64,000 nucleotides of DNA, taken from IMG/VR virus record IMGVR_UViG_3300025108_000016; one strand, written 5' to 3'. The notes below the pieces were generated by a model, which did not search any database, was not told where the DNA came from, and saw only the letters and a program-made list of their open reading frames with translations. Positions 18,201-27,400 of the stretch are shown piece by piece (positions within the stretch are counted from its first letter, which is position 1; every line of letters starts with the position of its first letter). The DNA comes from a virus. Made by a program: the position numbers and the translations under genes.

Positions 18201-18963
18201 CGTCAGTGTTGCACAGAGTGATGTATCCAACATTGAAGTTAAGAATCAAATTCACTCCATCAGTGATATTGTAGACGTTCAGGTAGATACTAACCTTAAG
18301 ATGACTCTACAGAAGGAGATTCAGCCTTCTGTAACTGAAGTATCTGTTGCAATTCAAAATTATGTAATCTCACTAACTGAATCTTCTGTATTGATGAGCA
18401 GTGAGAGTGTATCTGTTGCTGCATCTACAATTCAATCTATTAATAGTGCTGAACTTCCTCAGCAGGTTCTTACTGACGTTATTGAATATGAGATTGCTCC
18501 ATACCTAACATACAATGATCAAGTTATAACTCTACAGCTCACTTCTACAGCAACTCCAACTGAGTCTTCTGTCTTGATGAGTGATGAAAGTGTATCTGTC
18601 GTTGCATCTACAATTCAAACTATTAATAATGCTTCTATTGTAACAGAAAAGGCACTAGATCTACATACTTCACAAGTTGAAACATCAGTCTCTCAATCTC
18701 TACAAATATTTGCAGCAATTCCTCCAAGCACTGATCCAGGTGGACTCAATTCACCAATTCCAGTTGCTTCTATTCTAAGTACTGAAACTGCTCTATATGC
18801 AGTTATTCACGGAACTGAAACTGAAGTTGCTATTCTTGGCAACCATCTACCAGTTATTGATGGTAAAGATAAACCTGCAGATATTACGTTAAATAGAGAG
18901 ATGGGAGTCTTAGACTTCTTTGAAGAACTAGTTGTACTAGAAACCAGTGTCCTTCTCCGTTAA
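9202..18963 (+). CDS. gp7: Giant baseplate wedge initiator gp7 with YHYH-type domain
   Basis: N-terminal IESQLPEFI...LIKNI.DFY..KGT; DSFFYQDYSYVIQS...HPAGF core; HSPILGFAYDGNPIYGP...LDENNGRFCVTPEYP; lies between gp6 and gp8. Confidence 0.85.
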   Translation: MVETRRISTLIESQLPEFIINEYENFSKVIEKYYEQLELRGNPLDVISNITKYRDIDFYEKNLLKESTKVVSYVDAVDTTIRVEDATSFPETDGYISIGSEIIFYKSRTDTEFREVSRGVSGNQRLGDLYSSSQFVTTLAENHDINANVQNISNLFLYAFVKNFENDYLASFPEKYLKDDVDKRTLIKNITDFYQAKGTDRSIQFIFNTLVSNDKPKVLRPKDNTLKSSFSDWITSYALKVIVLEGNADDLIGETIIQNLDPLNESVEYASAIVDNVFSAGSVDGLSLYEITIDTATLNNQFGTASKTRLTDSLPTNSDVGDRINVFSTEGFLQKGRIYINGEEVQYSSKNVDQFVISRRERSDGYAADTNVYSYSTITSGDVRLLCLGVLYNLEQETSAPYSEPGDRIQISEPGFTSIDPILIDTNGNLRWFENAGYGSSGDINVGNVISKLKNNISAVYRDENYYYLATGGLPNRPILYSGIGQTLSDQKILRLIRKKPLTITESYETSQRDVGIFVDGTIAFSHKDFDQIKYGKITKFNIENKGNGYNDPPNVLINGAPGLARTFLSGETIGSIELETDNIFTSVPEVTITSGRGAEATAVVTFGAITSINVVNSGEYYSTPPRVVITDKLGKGRFAEYKAILVDGKIVSFESVDQGKFYSKGNVIVEIFPVGRDGLVTCDVFTWTKNRYNKLQPDLDNNNSYVFPHYNPTRGFGYGVCASPTQLRTELSDDGTGHSPILGFAYDGNPIYGPFGFENPLDSTSTIGRIRSAYRIKATRIDGPSVDEFPIGTFIQDYEWVASTSIGKTELDENNGRFCVTPEYPTGTYAYFISVDSDDNPTFPYILGNNFYSLPVDSNYNADLTQDDLPTKAERYRIPGMDGNGSQSMLTIAETLSGNVETLSILNSTDQFKVGGKFQVSDVRTDGSGASAFVSSVVGKDILSMDCKSLETTNTKSVALVRLISPTYLFENDIVTQEDSAFTGKVISDISNRSEFVLEEVSGTFVEGKDLNSSSTIISILIDRNVFFTAESTLLLTDGADSTLATGRVLESVSNQNSVKVEVLSGEFVVPDSVTTAHFLQSTTLGDSVGGEVVVYSNLSKEIKAFAVRDDLVLVETDGTHNVGVNSYIDVEVDPDVSQTTTEYYVRKRFYQEIKLKTPSFGSLMTDTGVGRGDLLNGGLAYTSGNYVDVELIFLDQSRVRNGIGSPGDSKNAIATINVSDFNGTGYGSVSDFTITNKGSDYIKGDILTVADADLGRLSNAISSQRLAINVDHIGLAQLNTKLSLVQVNKLSENDLLKIDSEIVKVVSIDSSNREVTIERGIEGSNIVDHFDGTLVSLYKGVYRFDANSRPLGIGPNDPTIISYDSTTQNIVLAYDYSSTSPREVTLSSVFQDNSSPKKSIALSSVVPGENRLEFSKDVNFATFGVNTDIRIQKYYNYVFDTSHVSMQGVFLDFSASRTGTIFTEEKIVSGIQPGNAGSFVSITLGFGPNIVGQTQQRFPVNFDTYYYFIKSNSDVNTDGAALRVIDDPIAGSKQILFSSQTKFAYAYTETPDYNGKGSLRYNTDSPFAIGKIKSATIDNKGIDYKRLPVITGCNVDSDNQPNLKVQWDSITKTILGVEILQGGKNFVSPKAYVSRGDGTGAVFNVFQDAGRIVRIDVVNEGSGYNYIPEITIYEGGVEAYFGSNNIGLPKNVSIVKNGGGYHNDTTILPKFTSHYALIIRGQSKFFKGERVEQRDGNRLVFSAIISDKGWRLGTNIIRLEKITGNVDFNLPLVSVMQTSRSVEVVDVLSTQFKPTIKSFSDNMGRFTSDKGKIGDRNQRLTDSFFYQDYSYVIQSKTPINTWRDLIKQTTHPAGFLMFGEVVIESEQESSMPIEQPKSDKISFIELAPKNVTVERKSTRVTQSSIRVRDTNLRRGVGSVSINEYDTEGILSKELILAQDFSGRYATQEDYIGPIKSITKVGDGTSEIAVGFGGGTNFTTIAGEYNHWVKFKMLGNTNNQPAITPYVDATSPAQSWSGSLHNYSILPNDEYVTSGGGNFDLSKINLMTIGFMPEFGEFSSNQGTSNTEFGAVIQSNESDFSEIASGFEVGDTITFYENASTFVKVEVVTVDSPAYHPTLGVIGDGNVLGRRTFQLLDKANNLAYSPYNEQETFITLNGVAQEPKKAYEISGSQITFASAPLGPQYPITGENFDDTYTTDPTKFVCKSFKFKNDTFNDKYLKKIKDISGSFDGISTEFALSWDDDTIVKTDTKENLLIFVNGVLQAVNTAYTIRRSANDSQTDIIVFIEPPRNFYDVIDYTPEQLDQKEYFYGYGVGSYDRLRIDERLIPYRGEGPYLVFDEETDTVKNINEADFALVFVDGVLQAPDTYKLNGPNISFTEKLIKYIPSTGESLASKVEIISLFGRQVPKTLSAYDYDRIIFRNEVSIVLTKVLDDPNGKDEYIEWQENFTAFDPSVTKNVFTFDDNGNRVFIGKLNSVRFDLLEDGTATGNAKPGVVAEQLTIKILNAENLKFTANDYDPRVSDDDELRIKGIFITDQTDFTDFVSFNSAYPIFKIDWEYSKNADGERVLVQDIPDWLKGSKLGDDAYFNLYNNLVDIAPGDEIMIDGEKDYRKILYIPPEVKGRNFNNGQTAKFEHYSPIEVTNYNDIVRGEGLSVTCTIGDGGAVTGVGFSDLEWNRRDLKLFFDTGILLQPTAYQYFVPPQVKFIPVDGRGGGARAEVLTIAGQVLDVILLEGGSGYTQPPRAVVTRGYNVLRKPNRTIQSNYRLEIGTQIGLQQQTTIATEIIISGQGQSTGLFSLISFGIVGSVTPIDNDEIVNIITPEAEEVGDQLGLPEGNSIIFTNRDPFTAIDQVASELLINETLITVTLDNPIASITNISPAGGVDVIINNLQKIINTPIAYFREESASATGALLDSPLSPIGTTLYVNNTSLFADVGKLQVGREIVGYERKLQDRFLNVTRGLDRTVAVAHPAGQYIRTIPDSVRVIDAGPRSIIATIVSVAQSDVSNIEVKNQIHSISDIVDVQVDTNLKMTLQKEIQPSVTEVSVAIQNYVISLTESSVLMSSESVSVAASTIQSINSAELPQQVLTDVIEYEIAPYLTYNDQVITLQLTSTATPTESSVLMSDESVSVVASTIQTINNASIVTEKALDLHTSQVETSVSQSLQIFAAIPPSTDPGGLNSPIPVASILSTETALYAVIHGTETEVAILGNHLPVIDGKDKPADITLNREMGVLDFFEELVVLETSVLLR
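18376..18633 (+). repeat. 75-bp imperfect direct repeat within the gp7 C-terminus
   Basis: 18376-18450 (TESSVLMSSESVSVAASTIQSINSA) versus 18559-18633 (TESSVLMSDESVSVVASTIQTINNA). Confidence 0.85.
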
Positions 18964-18968
18964 AATCA

Positions 18969-19514
18969 ATGCCACAAACGCAGTTACAATTAGCAAGTCC
19001 TTATAATGAGGTACTTAAAAGAAATACTTTAGTTATTAAAGTAGAAAATTTTAAGCAAAGAAAACCAGAGGGATTTGATTCGTTTGATTCTGGTAATGCT
19101 TTCCATACTCTTGCGGCTTTTGAAAAGCACATTTTCAGTGGTGATAATGTTATTGATGATTTAACAAGAGAATTTCCTACTCTTCAAATTAGAGATTTTG
19201 AATTAAGACCAGATTCTTCATTCACATTGACAGGTAATAAATTCAATTTTGCTGGTTCTACTCAAGCATTACCTTTTGGTTCTAGCATCAATAGTCTACA
19301 AGTACTGACTACTGATGAGTCAAATCAAACAATTCTTGAAGCAGAAACTAACATTACAAGATTTGGAAGTGCTGGTCATCTTTTTATTGGTGGTAGTGCG
19401 CGTACTCTTTTTGAGTATACATCTAAGACTGCCACAGGATTTATTGGTTATGTTAAGTCTGGAAATGTGAATATTCCGCCTTCTACGGAGTTCATCCAGT
19501 ATTCTGTTGATTGA
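18969..19514 (+). CDS. Putative baseplate-associated structural protein
   Basis: 181 aa, 5 nt after the gp7 stop; C-terminal F...G.L.IG.....Y..K motif like the repeats within gp7. Confidence 0.7.
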   Translation: MPQTQLQLASPYNEVLKRNTLVIKVENFKQRKPEGFDSFDSGNAFHTLAAFEKHIFSGDNVIDDLTREFPTLQIRDFELRPDSSFTLTGNKFNFAGSTQALPFGSSINSLQVLTTDESNQTILEAETNITRFGSAGHLFIGGSARTLFEYTSKTATGFIGYVKSGNVNIPPSTEFIQYSVD

Positions 19515-19527
19515 TCAAACTATATTG

Positions 19528-19535
19528 TATAAATA
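19528..19535 (+). promoter_or_regulatory. Late promoter TATAAATA
   Basis: Exact T4 late consensus upstream of gp8. Confidence 0.85.
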
Positions 19536-19568
19536 AATCAAGACAACAACGTTCTAGAGAAAAAATAA

Positions 19569-21437
19569 ATGGCTGCAATTATTTCAGACAAATTTAGAAT
19601 TTTCAATGCTAAACAATTTCTAGAGTCTCTGTCCGAAGGCAGTAGTGATACTGGATCCGACAGAACTAGAATGTACTTCTTTGTGGGTCGTCCACAAGCA
19701 TGGAATTCATACTTGGAGATTTACTCCGCAAACGCAACAGCATTTACTGCTGGTCAGTTTGTTTATGTTTCTAGCGATACGAATGGATCGTATACTTGGG
19801 CAAATGCACCTTTCAAGGCAAGCATTGTAGCAGTATACGAAAATTCTCTTATCCTTAGTTCAGTTTCTCCAAGTACATCTTCAACTCCTCTCCCCAACTC
19901 TGTAGTTGAAGGTTGGAACGGAGCATCCGATACAGGAGCAGAAGCAAGAGCAGGTGTATATCGCTTTGCTACAGAAGACACCCCTCCTACTCCACTGGAT
20001 CACCAGTCGGAAAAATTTGATGTTTATGATGAAATTATTGCTGCTAAGCGTATCACCGATTCGTTTGCCCGTGGTGTAATTACTCGTTACGATTGGAACA
20101 CGCTTGCTGCGGAACCTCGTTTCGACATGTACAAGCCTGACTACACCGCAACCACGACTGGTCAGATCGGCAAACTAGCACTTACTAATGCTGCATCTCT
20201 AGCAACTGCTAAGTACTATGTAATCAACTCTAACTACGAGGTATTCAAGTGCCTCTATAATGGTGAGTTCCCTGGCAGAACTTCCCCTAACCCTCAGTAC
20301 GAACCCAAGACCTCTCCTTCTGCTGGTCAAGGTACTTATAATGGTAATGTGTTTACCGAAGGTGCTGACCTAGAAGTTTCTGAAACTGCAGGTTATGCTT
20401 GGAAGTATATGTACACCATCCCAACAGATGATGTTCTTCGCTTCCTTTCTACCAACTTCCTACCCATCAACCTACCATCGGAAAGCACTAGAGCTGCTGT
20501 CCAATCTGCTGCGGTTGAAGGTGCAGTAAACGTTGTTCTAGTAGAAGAAGTTGGCGGCGGTCTTCCTAACGGAACCCACTATGCACCTATTAATGGTGAT
20601 GGTCAACTTGCTGGCGGTACTGAAGCAGTTGTAGAAATCGTAGTTGCTTCTAATGTTATCCAGTCTGCTAAAATTGTAACAGAAGGTGCTGGTTATACTT
20701 ATGGTTCAGTCAACCTTGCTGACGGCGTAACAGTCGGTGGTATCAAGACTGGTCTATTCACTACTTCTGCACTTACAACTGGACGCACTGGCGTTTCTGG
20801 CACAGGTGCTTTGGAAGTTATTATTGCCCCCGAAGGCGGTCATGGTTCAGACATGGAGTCTGAGTTCGGCGCTAAGCGTGTTATGACGAACATTCGTTTG
20901 ACCTACGCTGAAGGTTCTGGCGACTTCCCCGTTGATAACGACTTCCGTCGTATCGGCATTATCAAGGACCCATACAACTACGGCACTACCGATTTCGCAA
21001 CTAACGACACCCGTAATGGTTTGTTTGCAGTTAAGATCGAAAATGCAACTGCTGACTACAATGCTGATGAAGAAATTACTCAAGCATTGTCTTCTGGTGG
21101 TACTGCAAAAGGCACCGTAGTTTCTTGGACTCTTGATTCTGGTTCTACCACTGATGGTGTTCTTAAGTACATCCAAGTCCCTGGTTTGCATGCAGAAAAC
21201 GGAGTTGTAAGAGAATTTGATTCTAGTGCTGCTGTTGTTGGTACTTCATCTCTTGCTTCTGGCACAGTTGATACAACAACCACTGCTGTCACACTTCTAG
21301 GTGTTAGTTTCACCAATGGTCAAGGTAATCCTGAGATCGAAGCGAACTCTGGAGATGTCATTTATGTTGAGAACAGAAGACTCATCACACGTGCTCCTGA
21401 CCAAATTGAAGACATCAAGTTAGTAATTGAGTTCTGA
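19569..21437 (+). CDS. gp8: Baseplate wedge subunit gp8
   Basis: MAAIISDKFRI.NA, Y.VFKCLYN, GY.WKYMYTI, and C-terminal IYVENR..ITRA.DQ.EDIKLVIEF. Confidence 0.92.
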   Translation: MAAIISDKFRIFNAKQFLESLSEGSSDTGSDRTRMYFFVGRPQAWNSYLEIYSANATAFTAGQFVYVSSDTNGSYTWANAPFKASIVAVYENSLILSSVSPSTSSTPLPNSVVEGWNGASDTGAEARAGVYRFATEDTPPTPLDHQSEKFDVYDEIIAAKRITDSFARGVITRYDWNTLAAEPRFDMYKPDYTATTTGQIGKLALTNAASLATAKYYVINSNYEVFKCLYNGEFPGRTSPNPQYEPKTSPSAGQGTYNGNVFTEGADLEVSETAGYAWKYMYTIPTDDVLRFLSTNFLPINLPSESTRAAVQSAAVEGAVNVVLVEEVGGGLPNGTHYAPINGDGQLAGGTEAVVEIVVASNVIQSAKIVTEGAGYTYGSVNLADGVTVGGIKTGLFTTSALTTGRTGVSGTGALEVIIAPEGGHGSDMESEFGAKRVMTNIRLTYAEGSGDFPVDNDFRRIGIIKDPYNYGTTDFATNDTRNGLFAVKIENATADYNADEEITQALSSGGTAKGTVVSWTLDSGSTTDGVLKYIQVPGLHAENGVVREFDSSAAVVGTSSLASGTVDTTTTAVTLLGVSFTNGQGNPEIEANSGDVIYVENRRLITRAPDQIEDIKLVIEF

Positions 21438-21482
21438 CCTCCTAAATAACGTTAGGAAAACCAGGACGTTAGTGCATATACA

Positions 21483-24400
21483 ATGCCTCAAAATACTAAC
21501 TTAAACGCATCGCCTTACTTTGAAGACTTTGATTCTCAGAATAATTTCTATAAGGTCTTGTTTAGACCAGGGTTTGCGGTACAGACTAGAGAACTAACAA
21601 CTCTCCAGTCTGTATTACAAACTCAATTAGAATCATTCGGGAGGAACGTCTTCAAGCAAGGCGATCTTGTTGTGCCTGGAGAAGTCGGGTTCAATACGAA
21701 ACTAAATTACGTTAAACTATCTTCTGTTTCTGAGGTTGCAATCAGTGACGAAGCAGGAAACGTTGTATATCAAAAATATGACATTAGTCAACTGGTCGGT
21801 CTGAAAATTCAGGGTGTATCATCTAGTGTTATTGCAAGTGTTATTGCTACAGAATTTGGTTCTGATACAGAATCAGATACAATTTATGTCAATTACTTAG
21901 ACTCTGGTGCATCTGGTGACGAAGAGAGATTCCGTCAAGGTGAGACTTTAGAAGTAATTGGTGGTGTTAATTCTCCTCTATTGGTTGTCGGAACTGATGG
22001 AGTATCTCTTCCTACCAGTATCAGTGTTACTGATCCTGACACAGGTATTGAACAATTTATTGATAGTCCCGCATTGGGATTTGCTTCTGCTATAAAAGTA
22101 GAAGAAGGTATTTACTTTGTTAATGGATATTTTGTAAGAAATGCTGAGCAACTTTTAGTTGTTAGCAAATACTACGATGCACCTTCCAGCAAAATTGGTT
22201 TTAAAATTGTAGAGTCTCTGGTTACACCTGAGGAAGATAGTTCTTTGTATGATAATGCAAGGGGTTATTCTAATTTCTCTGCTCCTGGTGCTCATAGACT
22301 TAAAATTAGTCTAGAACTTGTTAAGTATGGTTACTATGATCTAACTGATAAGAATTTTATTCAACTACTACTTATTAAAAGTGGTACTATTCAGAAACAA
22401 ATTAAAGCAAATGACTATTCTCTTGTAGAAGCAGCAATTGCTAAGAAAACTTTTGACGAATCTGGTGATTATGTTGTAGAACCATTCCCTCTACAAGTTA
22501 GAGAGTATTATCAAAATGATAATAACTTAGGATTCTATACTGCCGATGCTGATGGACTTGTTAATGGTCTATCAGTAAATCAAGCATCCGCAAAACTCCT
22601 AGGAACTATTGGTTCTGGTAAAGCATATATTAAAGGATATGAAGTTAAAAATAAAGAGAGTAAGTATCTCGAAATTGATAAAGCAAGAGATACAATTAAA
22701 AGAGAAAATCAGACACTAAAAACAACAGGTCTGACTTCCTTCTATATTAGTAACGTATATGGTACAACCCCACTTAATGCAGAGGGTGCTGAACTAACAT
22801 CGTATCCTACACTATTTTTAAATTCTACTTACAATGATGGTTCTGTCGGTCTTAATGACACAGAAGCAAATGATGGTGTCAAGCAGACTACCAATCGCCG
22901 TGGACAAGGATATGGCGTAGAAGAAGGAGTCAAGACAATCTATTGTCAGATTGAAGCTGGATCTGGTTTTGGCATCGCAGATATGACTGATGCTAACTTT
23001 AAATCTACGTTTAAAAAATTATATTTTATCAAAACTAGATCTTCTAGTCAGGTTACCAGTTTTGGAGAGGTAGATGTTTTAGCATTCTCAATTGTATCCC
23101 GTCCAGAAATTTCTGCCGCTGGTGCAAATCAATTTGTTGAAATTACAGTAAAAGGAAATAGATCTGAACTAGATATTTTTGTAATTGATTATGATGCATC
23201 AGCATCAAATAAACTGAGGAAGTTATTTAAATCACAAGCAGATGTTGAAGATAATAGTAGCGAACTATTTGATCTGCGTGATTATAATGAAACTATTACA
23301 CCTATCGTAGGTATTGCTAAACCAAAAAATATTGCTCTAAAAGAAATTAGTTCTGGTTTTAATAAAGATCTTGATAAAATTGTATCTAAAGGTAGACTTG
23401 CTGGTGGTCTAGAACAATACAATTCTATTTTTGACCTTTCATATTTTGCTCCTCAATTCTTCACAAGAATTCTTTTAGAAACACAAATTACTGGAGATTC
23501 TTTTAATCCTGGTAAGTACATTTATGGTTCCATAAGTGGTGCTATTGCTGTTATTGAGGGAGGTACATTGGCTACCTACTCGTCAGTCGCCAAGTTGTTT
23601 GTTACTATGGTGTTTGGCGAGTTTAAAGGTGGTGAAACAATTACATCAGAAACTGGCGAAACAATTAAGATTGCGACAGATAATACAATTTCTCACTTTA
23701 TTATTCCTACTAGGGGAGATAGTTACGCTGCAGGAACAAGAATTATTCTTGATGGTGTTACTTTTGACGAGTCTTCAATTGCTATTGTTAGATCTGGTGC
23801 AGGTGCTTTAGATAGTATCTATGTTAGCGATAGAAATTCTACAGACACTCTATACTCACGTCCTCCGATTGTTGAGTTTACTGGTACTGTCCCAACTAAT
23901 GCTGCTATTGTTACTCCTGTTCTATTCAGAAATACAGTATATACATATTCTCCAAAGAATATTAAATCTGTATTCTCTCAGTTTGGTTCTGGTAATGCCA
24001 ATAAATTCTCTGCTGATATTGAACTCGAAAAGACTGGATATGTCAATACACTTTCAGTAACTGACTTTACCTTCTCAGGCACTGCAGGGTACAAGTTTAT
24101 CGAGTGTAATGGATTTGGTGGTGATGCATCGAAGAACCTTGTTCAAGGCGACGTGGTGCAGTTCTCGGACGTTACTGGTGCCGTATATAAGTACATCGTT
24201 CAATATGCTACTAGACCTGACGGAACAAAGAGATCGAGAATCTATCTAGATAGAGTTCTGCAGGCAAATGCAGAGAATGCTTCTGTTGTTCTGCAAAGAC
24301 CAATAATTGAAAATCCAAGCGGTACTCTAGTTTTCCCAACTGGCGACAAGCAGATTAAGACTCTTATTGATTCTTCAGAAGACTCTAAAATCAAATATTA

Positions 24401-27400
24401 TTTTAGAAGAGATTTTATTACGAGTGCTGCATCTGCTAGTGGAAACTTAACTTTTGCTGCTCAACTTCCATTTGGTACTCAACGCTTTGCTCCTTTCTCA
24501 GATAAGAACTTCTTGATTACTGTTCTAGAGACAGGTGTTGCTGAGCATGCTATTGATTCGAGTGGAGCTCTTCAATTGTTTGGTGGTCCTCTTAAGAAAG
24601 GTGATGTAGTTTACGTTGATCCTGAATATGTAACTATTGCTCAATCAGATAGTAATCTAACTGCAGGAAGTGTCACAATTAATTTCCCTGAAAATCATTT
24701 TGGTGATATCACTGCTCTGCGTACTGCTCTAGAAGCAAGAGCTGCAAATCCTCAATCAGGTGATCCCGATTGGACTCTTCCTGAAAACAACTTCCCTAAG
24801 ATGAAGTTGACTGCTACTTTAGAAGTATCTAAAGCAAAACCAAGACTCAAAACTTCTATTCTGAACAAGCAAATTATTGTTCAATCTGGAGGAACTTCTG
24901 TAGTACCACTAAGAGGACAAGAACTTGGTGGCGAAACTATTCAAATTACTTCTTACTCAGATGTCTTCAAATTAAGATATGTTTATGAAGGATCTGTTTC
25001 TTCTCCTCCTACTGTAGATGCTGGAGGTAATCTTATTAGCGGAGTAGATGTTTCTAATAAGTATACATTTGACAATGGACAAAGAGATACATTTTATGAT
25101 GTTGCAAGATTGGTTTTAAAACCAGGTCTTACTGCACCTACAGGTCAACTTGTAATTGCATTTGATTACTTCGAGCACTCACAAGGTGACTTCTGTACTA
25201 TCGATTCGTATTTGCATGAAGCAGGTGTAACTGAGAAAGACATTCCATCTTTTAACTCATCTGTTAGTGGTTTAGTATCACTTAAAGATGTTATTGATTT
25301 CAGACCTAAAGTAGATAACTCTAACATACTTCCTGGATATCAAGATAAAACTTTCCTTTCAGAATCTGACTTCTTGTCATTCTCTGGTGTATCTGGTATT
25401 CCCGCTAATTGTCCATCGGATGATTCTAATCTAGAATTTACTATCAAGTATAATAAAGAGCAATACCTTGATAGAATTGATGGTGTGTTCTTGAATACTG
25501 ATGGAAATTTTGTTGTTAAGAAAGGAAATTCTTCACTTAACCCATCACGTCCAGAGACAATCAGCGATTCTACTCCACTCTACTATCTCTACATTCCTGC
25601 ATTTACAGATTCTTACAGAGATGTCCGTATTATTCCTGTAGAGAATAAGCGTTACACGATGAAGGATATTGGAAAATTAAATCAACGTGTCGAACGTCTA
25701 GAGTATTATACTTCTCTTAGTGTTTTAGAACAGCAAACACTGAACATGCAAGTTACCGATGATATTGGTCTTGACAGATTTAAGTGTGGTTTTTATGTAG
25801 ATAACTTTGAAACACATAAAGGAGATATCAAATCAATAGATCATGTATGTTCTATTGATACTCAGCAGTCTGTTCTTAGACCACAAGTTAGTGAAGATAG
25901 TTTCCTCGTCAAGGAAATTAATACTAGAAATGATCAAAGAGAAGTTTCTGGTTATGTTAACAATAAAGGTGTTCTAACACTACCATATACTAATCGTAGA
26001 TTACTTGGTAATAATTTTGCTACGAAGACAATTAATCCAAATCCATTTGTTGTTCTTCAATATGTTGGTGATCTATCCGTAGACCCCAATGTTGATTCTT
26101 GGTACGATAGATCTATTGCTCCTCTAGTTACAGATAACAATACGGATCTATTTGTACCCTTCCTTGCTAAAGAAGATCTAGAAGTGGCATTCGCAAGTCT
26201 GTACAATTCCTTTATTGTAACCTGGTCTGGCACCGAAAGATCTTTCTATAATATCAATCCTCTATCAAAAACCAATACAGAAATATCTGGTGAAGAAGTT
26301 ATCAAAGCAAATGTTGCGAGTTCTTCTAATATCAGTCCGATGAATAATGAGATCGGTAAAGGTATTTCTTCTAGAACTAGTCGCGGTAAGTCTGTTGCAG
26401 CTGCACTGCAATATTTTGCTCGCAGCATTCCAGTTAAATTTACCATCCGTAGACTTAAACCAAAAACTGAAGTATACGTATACTTAGAAGGTAAGAAGAT
26501 TAACAGATGGGTTGTTCCTGATATTAGATTTACTGGTATTCCTGGCAACTCATTATCTACTTTCAATGCACCTATCATCACTGACGAAAGTGGCAATGCT
26601 AGTGGTATTGTTTTGATCCCTGCTGGTAAAGCACCTAGAGAATCTGCTGCATGGACAGGAGAAGCAGAAACAGTATCGTATGATGATTCATCTGAAGAAG
26701 TTAGAATTACTACTGGAGAAAAAACTTTACGCTTTACTTCCAGTGCAACGAACCGCAACAAAGCAGATGTAGAAACATTTGCAGAAACTAAGTTCTATGC
26801 ATCAGGTCTTCTTCCCGATAATCCTGCTAGCATCGTATCCACGAAACCAGCATACTTCAAGGCAAATGAAGGAACTCAATTGGTTACAAATAATACCGAA
26901 GTTGAGCAAAAACCAAATCCTTTAGCACAAACATTTAAAGTTGAAGAGTATGATGAAGGTGTGTTTGCTACTGGTGTAGATCTATACATTTCTAAGAAGA
27001 GTGATTCTATTCCTATTAGAGTATACCTTACCGATGTAGATTCAGAAAAACCAGGTAAAAATATTATTCCTGGCACAGAAATTGTCAAGGAACCATATAC
27101 TTATGTTAAAGCATATGTATCAGCTTCTGTAACTGTTATTAAGGAAGAAAATATTATTGGTGTAACAACCAATGCTTCTGGTCCTATCCTTAAAATCTTA
27201 GACAAGAACAATAACCAACTTCCTGTATCAGAAGATAATGAAATTCAATTAAATAACGAACAAGTATATACTTTTGTTCTATCTAATAACAATGGTACTG
27301 CTTTCATAGCAAACGAGGAATTAAAACTTAACTCTATTACAGTATTCAATAACGCAAACAATACAGAGATCTCTGCACGTATCGCAAAAGACTCTGGTGT

